A stretch of DNA of 64,000 bases from Felis catus (taxonomy: Eukaryota), in NCBI RefSeq assembly GCF_018350175.1, contig NC_058368.1, forward strand, positions 22,074,001 to 22,138,000, given 5' to 3'. A program made the translations under genes and the position numbers. The notes under the pieces were generated by a model. The model was not told where the DNA came from. It did not search any database and saw only the letters and a list, made by a program, of their open reading frames with translations. Each line of letters starts with the position of its first letter. Position 1 is the first letter of the stretch. Below are positions 53,901-64,000 of the stretch, in pieces.

Positions 53901-55028
53901 GGAAGCCATCAAAATCCTCCAGGAGAAAGCAGGCAAACACCTCTTTGACCTTGGCCTCAGCAACTTCTTACTTAATGCATCTCCGGAGGCAAGGGAAACA
54001 AAAGCAAAAATGAACTATTGGGACCTCATCAAAATAAAAATCTTCTGCACAGGGAAGGAAACAATCAGCAAAACTAAAAGGCAACCGATGGAATGAGAGA
54101 AGATATTTGTAAACGACATATCAGGTAAAGGGTTAGTATCCAAAATCTATAAAGAACGTATCAAACTCAACACCCAAAAAACAAATAATCCAGTGAAGAA
54201 ATGGGCAAAAGACATGAAGAGACACTTCTCCAAAGAAGACATCCAAATGGCCAACCAACACATGAAAAAAATGTTCAACATCACTCATCATCAGGGAAAT
54301 ACAAATCAAAACCACAATGAGATACCACCTGACACCTGTCAGAATGGCTAACATTAACAACTCAGGCAACAACAGATGTTGGCAAGGATGTGGAGAAAGG
54401 ATCTCTTTTGCACTGCTAGTAGGAGTGCAAACTGGTGCAGCCACTCTGGAAAACAGTACGGAGGTTCCTCAAAAAATTAAAAAATAGAATGACCCTACAA
54501 CCCAGCAATTGCACTACTAGGTATTTATCCAAGGGATATAGGTATGCTGTTTCGAAGGGATACATGCACCCCAATGTTTATAGCAGCGCTATCAACAATA
54601 GCCAAAGTATGGAAAGAGGCCTAATGTCCATTGGTGGATGAATGGATAAAGAAGATGGGGTATATATACAATGGAGTATTACTCAGTGATCAAAAAGAAT
54701 GAAATCCTGCCATTTGCAACTATGTGGATGGAATTAGAGGGTATTATGCTAAGCGAAATTAGTCAGAGAAAGGCAAATATCATATGACTTCACTCATATG
54801 AGGACTTTAAGACACAAAACAGATGAACATAAGGGAAGGGAAGAAAAATAATGCCGAAACAGGAAGGGGGACAAAACCTAAGAGAGTCTTTAATATGGAG
54901 AATAAACAGAGGGTTACTGGAGGGTTTGTGGGAGGGGGGATGGGCTAAATGGGTAAGGGGCATTAAGGAATCTACTGAAATCATTGTTGCACGATATGCT
55001 AACTAACTTGGATGTAAATTAAAAAGAT
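48416..55028 (+). mobile_element. Near-full-length inactivated felid LINE-1 (copy B), ~90 nt 5'-truncated, inserted inside a Can-SINE
   Basis: Same ORF1/ORF2 motifs (ORF1 ATG 50015, RT FADDM in ORF 52812-53408). 15-bp TSD agattctctctcttc at 48401-48415 and 55029-55043. Confidence 0.96.
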
Positions 55029-55086
55029 AGATTCTCTCTCTTCCTCTCTGTCTCTCCCCCACTCACTTTCTCTTAAGAAAAAAAAA
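55029..55086 (+). mobile_element. Can-SINE 3' half (CT tract and A tail) resumed after L1 copy B
   Basis: CT-rich tract, A tail, then TSD aaaagacagataaagc. Confidence 0.85.
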
Positions 55087-57062
55087 GACAGATAAAGCGC
55101 ATGTACAATATAGAAATTGTTGAAATGAATACTAAAGAGTTGGCTCTTTTGAATGCTAGACTGTAGGCAGACATCACTATTCAAGGAGAGAGCCTGTCAA
55201 ATACTGTGTATTTAGTAGAAAACTATTGTTTTGGATTGCTCCGCTGGTGCATTATTGGTTTTTCTTTTTGAGAATTAGGTCTGGGGTAGCAGTATGTTCT
55301 GTTTTGACACAGCTGTTTATATCTCTGAATTCTGTAATATTTTGCACATAGATGTTTCATCATTTTAGAAATCAAGAGAGTTTAGGTTATTTTAAGAGTA
55401 TACTTAGAGTATTCTTTAAGTGATAAACTGTCTTAAAGCTCAGCTGTGTTCTAACTCCAAAGCTACCAACCGTCTTTTGTTAATCTTATTCTTAATTTTC
55501 GTGAGCTACCTTGAGATGCTTGGATTCCCGGTGTCAATAAAAAATAATTAACAAAGAAATTCCTTCCCCTCACATGACAGAGCTTAGGAATTTATTTCTT
55601 ATCTTCTTCAGAGCCTGGTATTTAATTATTAGAGGGAAAGATTATAATTCAAAAGAAGCTTGGTAGAATTTGGGCGTTTTTTTTTGGCTCTGGTCAATTT
55701 CATTAAAACACTAAGTTAAAAGAAACTCTTATTATTTCCACTTGCTTTGGTTCTACTTTGTAATATATAAGCCTATAAAATGAAATTTAGAGAACTAAAA
55801 ACAATTTTTTTCCATTTTACCTAGTATAGTATTGTGTTAAATGCTTTGTATTATGATGAAATGCAGCATTTTGTCATTGTCAGTATTAATTAAAATAGAT
55901 TAAATTTAATGGCTAAAAGAGTCAGTGTAGTTGGTAAATAATTTAACACAATTGCTTGTTTCATAAAACTAGTGAAATTATATTAGCAAAGGCTAGGTTG
56001 GATAGAGTTTATATGTATGCATACCCATGGAATAAAAATAAAAGTGACTTAATCTGAATTTAACTCATAAATGTCACTTCAGCAAATTATTGAGTGTGTG
56101 TGTACATGCAAATTAGGAGTAAATTTTTTTAGTGAAATTTCTTTGTTGCTGAAAGACCTTTTGATATGTGTATGTGTATATAGTAATATGTATATGTATT
56201 TGTGTATATATGATGTGTATTTTATTGGATTTTTATATATGTTTTATATAAATATATCTTTATATATCAATGTAGAAGCTGTATCTATATCTATCTATAG
56301 ATGTAGAAAGCTCTGTAAAGAAGCCTATCTATATCTGTATATGCCCATGTATATCTTAGGTGGGTGTATCTTACATCCACATATATGTCTTGTCAGTTTT
56401 ACAACCCAAAAGAGGTTTGTGGTTTGTTTTTTGTTTTTTGTTTTGTTTTTTGGGGTGTTTCGTTTTGTTTGGTTTTGTTTTGTTTTTTGGGTTTTTTTTT
56501 TTTTTTTTTTGAGAGTCTGGAAGCCATTCTGCTGACCCATAAACATGCCAGAAGACAGCACGCCTATTGCCCTGTCACCAGGGAAATTAACCCTGGTACT
56601 TCTCTCCAAGCTGCAAGCATTTGCTTGTCAGAGAGATAAGAGTTTTATTTAATTCTCTTTATTAGTGGAATAAAGGCAATTAGTTAAAACAAATAGCTAC
56701 CTCAGTGGACAGGTGGGTTCAGAGTGAAATGTGAAGGGTGCACAGCAAAAGGCACTGTCAAGTCCCCTTACAGAGAACAGGTTACCTTTCATCTTGAGAA
56801 GATATGCATGTAACGGGTTGCAGCTGCATGGCAGTATAAGTAAGGTGTAATTTTATGTGTCTTCGTGATGTCTTTTTCACACATTACCTACAATGATGTG
56901 CTGTGGATGTGCTTATTTAGTAATCAAACTGCTTGCTTTCTTTTCTACGTTTTGTCAACTTTATTTCCCCAACAGTATCCATGCACATCACACAGTTAAG
57001 TTGTAAAGGGTACAAACACAAACATGATTTGATGGATGCCCTTACGTTCTAAAGAGGCAAGT

Positions 57063-57286
57063 GGGGCGCCCGGGTGGCTCAGTCGGTTAAGCGTCCGACT
57101 TCAGCTCAGGTCACGATCTCGTGGTCCGTGAGTTCGAGCCCCGCGTCAGGCTCTGGGCTGACGGCTCAGAGCCTGGAGCCTGCTTCCGATTCTGTGTCTC
57201 CCTCTCTCTCTGCCCCTCCCCCATTCATGCTCTGTCTCTCTCTGTCTCAAAAATAAATAAACGTTAAAAAAAAATTTTTTTTTAAA
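57063..57286 (+). mobile_element. Feline Can-SINE (young)
   Basis: TSD taaagaggcaagt. Confidence 0.93.
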
Positions 57287-57359
57287 TAAAGAGGCAAGTA
57301 AGTCTGTACTGCAAGGCAGTGAGTACTGCTGAGGAAAAACAATGCAGAGCAACAGGGGA

Positions 57360-57718
57360 GAAAGTTGAGCTCTTAGAAACTGAACGTAGAATGGTGGTCC
57401 CCAGGCACTGGCAGGCAGGGGGATGAGAGGTATTGGTCAATGGGTACAAACTTTCAGTTATGAGAAGACTAAGTCCTAGGATCCCATGTCCAGCATGGTG
57501 ACTATAGTTAAGAATACTGTGTCACGTACTTGAAACTTGCTGAGAGTGGATCTTAAGCATTCTCATCACACACCAAACCAAAGGGTAACTGTGAGGTGAT
57601 GGATGTGTTAATTAACATGATTGTGGTAAATGTTTTACAGCGTATACATATTTGAAATGATTGTGATGTACACTTCAAGTATAGCCAGTTTTGTCAGTTA
57701 TATCTAAATAAAGCCAGG
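57360..57718 (+). mobile_element. L1MA/MB-type 3'UTR fragment
   Basis: ggtacaaactttcagttat...cagcatggtgactatagtta...tcttaagcattctcatcacac...aataaagc. Confidence 0.8.
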
Positions 57719-58345
57719 GGAAACATTCAGAGCAAAGAGAGTGCAGCCACAGGGGCAGAAGAATGAGGAGTAAGTGGGGCTCCAAGGAAAGGAAGTAGAA
57801 GTGACTCAGGAACACAGAGGGCTTTGAATGCTATCCTAAGAGTTTAATTTTTTCCCCCTAAATTTATTGGCATCCAGGGATTTGTTTATTCATTCACTCC
57901 TGAAGTGGAATTGGTAACATGAATGGGGCTGATCTTCAGGAAGATGTGTTTGACACTGCATGCAGGGTGGATTGGATTGGGTCTGCATTGAGGAAGGGAC
58001 CACTCTGCGTGCTGCCGCAGGAGCCCGGCGAGAGGCCCTGAGGGCTGGAAAGAGGATGCTGGCAATAAAAGTAGAAGGAAAGATGTTCGAGACATTGATA
58101 AACAGAAAATTGGCAGACCATGGATGTAGACTTGATGCAACGGCGGAGCGAAAGAAGAAGCCGAGGAGGACTTCAACTCTGCCCTAGGGACCTGGCTGGC
58201 AGTGGTGTCATTAACAAAGCAGGAAAGGAAGGGTTTCAGAGAAGCTGAGTGTGATTAGCTAGCCAAGTGTTCTACTGGGCCTCCAGGCAGGCAGTTAGAA
58301 ACTTTGGTATATATATTAAAAAAAAAAAAAAAAAGAAAGGGGGTA

Positions 58346-58562
58346 GGGGTTGCCTGGGTGGCTCAGTCAGTTGAGCATCCGACTCTTGATTTCAGCTCAG
58401 GTCATGATCCTAGGGTCGTGGCCTTGAGCCCTGTGTTGGGCTCTGTGCTGAATGTAGAACCTGCTTGAGAATCTTTCTCTCTCTCTCCGTCTCTCTCTCT
58501 CCCAACACCCCCTCCCCCAACTCACACTGTCTCTCTGTCTCTCAAAGTAAAAAAAAGAAAAA
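58346..58562 (+). mobile_element. Can-SINE
   Basis: Head, CT tract and A tail. Confidence 0.88.
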
Positions 58563-59011
58563 GTAACGTTGTTATAGAGCTTAGGAAAGAAACTGGGACT
58601 TGAAATACAGGTTTGGGAGACATCTTCCTAGATATTACAGTTGAAGCCTTGGGTGTAGGTAGTAAGACTGAAGAGGGAGAAAAGATCAGAGATTCAAGAT
58701 ACCGCTTGGAAAATTCCTACATAAGGAGGGCAGTAACACAGGAGCAAAGAAACAAGCTGCAAGAGATAAGGAGCCAGAAGAATTCAGTGGCCTTGAAACC
58801 AGGGGCAAAGAAAGTTTCCAGAAGAGGGGCAGTTAGCTCTAGATGTGGCAGAGATATTAAGGAAAACGAAGATGAACAGTTTACACGACGGCTGTCCCAT
58901 GTTTGAGAATACCCAGCTAACATCCATCACTGCCCATCATTTCCTTTTGTGCGCTAAAATAACTTTAAGGTGTGTAGTTCTCAGTTGTTAAATAGACAGC
59001 CAGATGCACAC

Positions 59012-59015
<4 letters not shown>

Positions 59016-59058
<43 letters not shown>
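59016..59058. repeat. (CA)n microsatellite
   Basis: Read directly from the sequence. Confidence 0.95.
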
Positions 59059-59059
<1 letters not shown>

Positions 59060-59408
59060 CACTGCACACACATGTCTGGGGTTCTGTTGCTAGACAGTAT
59101 TGTGATAGACAGCCAGCTCAAAGTTTCATGTGCTTTCTCCTCCCATCCAGGATTTCTGTAACTATCTGTACAATAGATTACTATCCTGAGGCATCCAGAA
59201 AAGGTCTGGTGAATAGGAGAACTCAAAAATAAGTATATCATGTATAAAGCTGTGTGAAGGGTACATTTCAGCTGCCTGGTTGCTGAAGCTTTAGGATCTC
59301 TACCACTACATGAGAATAAAAAGTTGATGAGGTAGAGAACATTCAGTGATGCTACTAGAGGCTCTCCCACTATTCTCATTTTTGGTATTTTTATTTTGTT
59401 TTAAAGTC

Positions 59409-59641
59409 TGTCTTAGTCTGTTTGGGCTGCTACAACAAAAATACCACAGACTGGGAGGCTGGGCAGCCCAAGATCAAGGGGCCAGCAGCAAGAGAGCTCT
59501 CTGGGGTCTCTTTCATAAGAGCACCAGCCCCATTCATGCAATTCTACCTTCCCAAAGGCCCCACCTCCTAATACCATCACATTTGGGGTTAGGATTCCAA
59601 CATACAGATTTTAGGGAGGCACAGACATTCAGTTCATAACA
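59409..59641 (-). mobile_element. MaLR LTR (MLT1A/MST-like), internally deleted
   Basis: TGtcttagtctgtttgggctgct...aaataccacagactggg...cccaaaggccccacctcctaataccatcaca...ttcagttcataaCA. Confidence 0.8.
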
Positions 59642-60309
59642 TGGAATAATGCTGCATTTGGGGGGAACCATTAATTTGTTACAAGAAAATGTTTTGCTTT
59701 ACTTTTTTATAAAAACTTGCTGTACATATTAAACTTCATGTGGATTCAGGGTCAATGATTTTTTTTTTCTTGGCTATCTAGCAGGTTTTGTAATAAAAGT
59801 TAGGGGGAAGGTAAGATTCACTTAATGGAACCTATTTGCCCAGTAAGCTACTAGAGTACATTTATTCAGGGAAGGGAGGTATAACTGTGGAATCAATTTT
59901 GGTATTCTTTTTTCTAGCACAATGCCTAAGAAGCAATGTGGTACTGGGAAGCAAGATTAAAGTAAGCGAGGAAAATAATAAATTCATTTTGGGCTATCTC
60001 TGGATGAAAGCTACAGAGAGAGCTTTTTTAAGCTGCAGCAATGACTGGCTTTTTAAAAAGATGCAGAAATGCATTAATCACTGAGTTTAGCAAAACTGTG
60101 TGAAAAGCTTAAAATAACTTAATAACCACTCCTTTCATGCCTGTGCTAAATGTAAGATGCATGTAATAAAGACTCTCAGTTTTTTTCACGTCAACATTCC
60201 TAACCACATTTATAGTTTGTTTTTCAGGGAAAAGTGCCATATATTTTGAATCAGATGGCTCTCAGATTATTGCTTTAATTTTGTGTTTGTTTGTTTGTTT
60301 GTTTTGTAG

Positions 60310-60453
60310 CTGCTAGGTGAACTGATCCTGGACCGACACAACTTTGCCATTATGACAAAGTACATCAGCAAGCCAGAGAACCTCAAACTGATGATGAACC
60401 TCCTTCGAGATAAAAGTCCCAACATTCAGTTTGAAGCCTTCCATGTCTTTAAG
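60310..60453 (+). CDS. CAB39L: CAB39L coding exon (144 nt; [48 protein letters not shown])
   Basis: Acceptor gttttgtag, donor GTAAAG, phase 0-0. Contains the conserved QFEAFHVFK motif. The final coding exon was not found in the window. Confidence 0.97.
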
Positions 60454-61385
60454 GTAAAGTGCAACAGAAATAACGTGGGCATTTGCTTTTCACTTTCAAA
60501 TGGCTAACTCCCTGCTGTTCACTCTTCTTTATACTTGAGAGAAAATGAAATAGGCAGTTTTTCTGTTTTGTGTGACTTGGATGAAATTTTAGAGTTATTT
60601 TAATGAATGCCCATTTGTTTCTAATCCCTATCTCTAAATATTTTCATTTTTTCCACTGAGAAAATAGGTGGATACTGTTTCCCAAACGTTACTAAAATAA
60701 TCAGCGATAGAGCCAGAACCCAAATCCCAAGGGTCGGAATTATTGAATGCTTTGCTTTCTGCCTAAAGTGTTTTTTTGAACCTTAAATGAAGCAGTGAAG
60801 AAACAGTGGGGCACTACTCACTTTCATTACTTGTTTAGAAATTTTTTTTTAAATATGTTTTGCTATGAATGGAAACTAGTTCCCCATAACACCAGCTTCT
60901 TTCTAACACTTTTTCTTTGATGTAAGAGTGACAAAATGGCCTTCTAGTAATTTTAGACAATATACTTTTTTAAAGCATGGTAGGAGAAATCTGTAATCTG
61001 TAATCCCATACTTGTAATCAAACTATTGTAAAGATTTTAGTTAACTTTATTTTCCTGTGCTCATATTTGAAGGTTTTTTTTTTCTGCAGCTGTATTCACA
61101 TGGTACACAAAATTGATATCCCGATTTTATCACTTAGTGCTATTCCAGAAGAGGTGAACATTAATTCATTGTTGTTATATATGGGTTTTAGAGCCAGTAG
61201 TTTTATTAGCATTACAGTTTATCATTGGATTTATTTACTCTAGTTTACTTGAATCGTCCTCTGTTATTTATATTTAGGTTGTTTCCATTTTCCCCACTGT
61301 AAGGAATGCTGTCATGAGCATTTTCTATATCCAGCCAGTTGTTTTTCCATATTTGGGATTATTTTCTTAGGATAGATTATCTGGA

Positions 61386-61600
61386 GGGGTGCCTGAGGGG
61401 CTCAGTTGGTTAAGTGTAGGACTCTCGGTTTCCTCTCAGGTCATGATCTCACGGTTTGTAGGTTAGAGCCCCACATCAATTCTGCGCTGGCTGTGCAAAG
61501 CCTGCTTGGAATTCTCTCTCCCTCTCTCTGCCCCTCCCCCGCTTGCATGCCTACACATGTGCAAACTCTCTCTCAAAATTGTTTTAAAAAGGATTAAAAA
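61386..61600 (+). mobile_element. Can-SINE
   Basis: Head and tail. Flanks aggatagattatctgga / aggataaatatctctgga. Confidence 0.85.
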
Positions 61601-61839
61601 AGGATAAATATCTCTGGAGTAAAATTAAGAGTCAAGGGAGTTCCAGGCTTTTTTTGGATCTTTATGATGTTTATTCGGTGACTGAATTTATAAGTCTAAA
61701 AATGGGAGACATGACAGTTTATAAGGTATGTAGCTGTTGCTTTCAGAGGTTAAAAAAAAAAAAAAAAAAAGCTTGGTCCATCTTTCAGCCATCGGGTCTT
61801 TTTTGGCCAGAGAGCCGCTAGAGAAATTCAAATAACAAA

Positions 61840-62400
61840 TTAATTTATAAATTCCATTCAATTATGTTCAAAATCCCTACAGGACTTCTCATGGAACTTG
61901 GCAAGCTGATTCTGAAAGTTACGTGGTAGAACAATGGTCTAAGGTTAGCTATGGCAATTTTAAAAAAGAGCAAGGTAGGGGAATCCACTCTACCAGATAC
62001 TGAGACTTAAGATTTATAGTAAATGAAGACAGTATTGTATTGGCATAGAGATAGATAAATAAAACAACAAAACCAAGGTAGAGGGCCCAGAAATAAACCT
62101 GTACAAACATGAAATGGTTTTGATAGTGGAAGAATTATAAATCAGTTGAGAATAGGTTAACTGTTTAATAAATGGTTCTAGAGTAATGGATTTCATCCAT
62201 GGAGAGAAAACCCTATACTATACCCTCCACTATACTCAGAAATAAATTCTCGGTAAAGATCTGCACTTGAAAAGCAAAACTTTTTAACTTTTAGAAGAGC
62301 AAATAAGAGACTGTCTTTATGATGTATAGGAGGGAAGAATTCTTTAAACAGAATGTAGAATCACAAAACATAATAGGAAGTATTTAGTTAACTACATCAA
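61840..62400 (+). mobile_element. Old L1M-type ORF2 fragment (continues ~63310-64000)
   Basis: Degenerate L1 ORF2-like text (aagacagtattgtattggcatagagatagataaat; cccagaaataaacc). Confidence 0.7.
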
Positions 62401-62409
62401 AATAGACAC

Positions 62410-63257
62410 CTTTCCAGCGAAAACATCCAGATGGCTAACACACATGAAAAAATGCTCAACATCACTCATCATCAGGGAAATACAAACCAAAACCACAATG
62501 CGATACCACCTCACACCTGTCAGAATGGCTAACATTAACAACTCAAGCAACAACAGATGTTGTCGAGGATGCAGAGAAAGAGGATCTCTTTTGCACTGCT
62601 GGTGGGAATGCAAGCTGGTGCAGACACTCTGGAAAACAGTATGGAAGCTCCTCAAAAAATTAAAAATAAAAATACACTACGGCCCAGCAATTGCACTAGT
62701 AGGTATTTATCCAAGGGATACAGGTGTGCTGTTTCGAAGGGGCACATGCATCCCCGTGTTTTACCAACAATAGCCAAAGTATGGAAAGAGCCCAAATGTC
62801 CATTGATGGATGAATGGATAAAGAAGATATGGTATATATATATACAATGGAGTATTACTCAGCGATCAAAAAGAATGAAATCCTGCCATTTGCAACTATG
62901 TGGATGGAATTGGAGGGTATTACGCTAAGCGAAATTAGTCAGAAAGACAAATATCATATGACTTCACTCATATGTGGAATTTAGGATACAAATCAGGTGA
63001 ACATAAGGGAAGGGAAGCAATAATAATATAAAAACAGGCAGGGGGGACAAAACAGATGAGACTCCTAAAAGTGGAGAACAAACTGAGGGTTGCTGGCGGT
63101 GTTGTGGGTGGGAGGATGGCTAAATGGGCAAGGAGCACTAAGGAGAACACTTGTTGGGATGAGCACTGGGTGTTATATATAGGGGATGAATCACTACATT
63201 CTACTCCAGAAATCATTATTGCACTATATGCTAACTAACGTGGATATAAGTGAAAAA

Positions 63258-63300
<43 letters not shown>
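62410..63300 (+). mobile_element. 5'-truncated felid L1 3' end (ORF2 C-terminus and 3'UTR) with (TAAA)n tail, inserted in an older L1
   Basis: ORF fragments [28 protein letters not shown] and [10 protein letters not shown]. Homologous to the 3' ends of copies A and B. Confidence 0.9.
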
Positions 63301-63303
<3 letters not shown>

Positions 63304-63697
63304 TTTTTAAAAAGACAGAATAAGCAAAGTGAAAAGATAGAATGTGACACATATAACTGGCAAATCATTTGGAAAGACAATTCAATAGAAAAATGGGCAA
63401 AGGATGCAAGTTGGTAACTTACAGATGAGAAAGCCTGATTGGTCAATAAGGAGGTGAAGATGATCATCTTACTAAGTAACATTGGAAATGGCCATTGAAA
63501 TATCAATGAGATATCATTTTACATTTTCATAATGGCAATATGTTTAAGTCTGACAATAACAAATATTGGTAAGGTTGGACAGCAGTGGAAGCTGTCCTAC
63601 ACTGTAAGTTAGCACAACCACTTTGGAGAGCAATTTAGCAAATTAAAGAACTGAAGTATGCGTATCCTTCAATCCTGAAATCTCATTTCTCAGCAAT

Positions 63698-63891
63698 TGT
63701 TTTAAGTTTATTTTTGAGAGAGAGAGAGTGTGTGTGTGCAAGGGAGAGAGAAGGGAGGGAGAGAATTCCAAGCAGGCTCCACAGTGTCAGCAGTAGCCCG
63801 ATATAGGGCTGGATCCCACAAACTGTGAGATCATGACCTGAGCCGAAATCAAGAGTCGGACACTGAGCCAATGGAGCCTCTCAGGTGCCCC
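63698..63891 (-). mobile_element. Can-SINE
   Basis: TSD tctcagcaa. Confidence 0.88.
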
Positions 63892-64000
63892 TCTCAGCAA
63901 GTTTTTAGAGACATTCTTGCACATGTGCATGAGGAATTATGTACAAAAATATTTATCACAACATTGTTTAGAATGGTGTAAAATGAGAGAAAAAAACCAC

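Noticed and set aside
15784..55028. Segmental duplication as the source of the two similar L1s
   Set aside because: The flanking sequences are unrelated, B has its own TSD inside a SINE, and the element ends are much more diverged than the middle.
56071..56639. 154 aa hydrophobic ORF as a membrane protein
   Set aside because: It arises from low-complexity (TA/TG)- and (GTTTT)-rich sequence.
3266..57352. Recurrent 60-70 aa ORFs (MAQSVKRPTSAQV..., ...EPGACFRFCVSLSLCP...) as a small-protein family
   Set aside because: They are chance translations of Can-SINE copies, with no evidence of coding function.
14361..60453. Calling the gene CAB39 or a pseudogene
   Set aside because: Diagnostic residues (VTQ, SAHPH, APQIALR, HKVLVADF) fit CAB39L. 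The exons are intact, in phase and have canonical splice sites.

Overview
Mammalian (felid, judged from SINEC_Fc-type Can-SINEs and L1_Fc-type LINEs) genomic window lying inside the CAB39L gene (MO25-beta, scaffold of the LKB1-STRAD complex) on the + strand. Five internal coding exons (119, 169, 60, 66 and 144 nt) have canonical AG/GT ends and compatible phases. The start and stop exons lie outside the window. The rest is intron, dominated by repeats: two near-full-length, decayed, sense-oriented L1s (about 15.8-22.5 kb and 48.4-55.0 kb), about 35 Can-SINEs, older L1/L2/MIR/LTR fragments and microsatellites. I found no novel protein-coding system. The most unusual signals are repair and recombination scars. 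(1) The two independently inserted L1s share a sharply bounded ~2.4 kb tract of ~98-99% identity (by eye) carrying identical disabling lesions, against ~85-90% elsewhere, which suggests ectopic gene conversion. (2) A 51-bp unique sequence has been copied ~1 kb into a SINE. (3) There are fold-back templated micro-insertions. (4) A double SINE carries a triplicated TSD and, with an upstream inverted SINE, encloses a coding exon. (5) A slightly 5'-truncated L1 nested in a SINE has kept its promoter CpGs.
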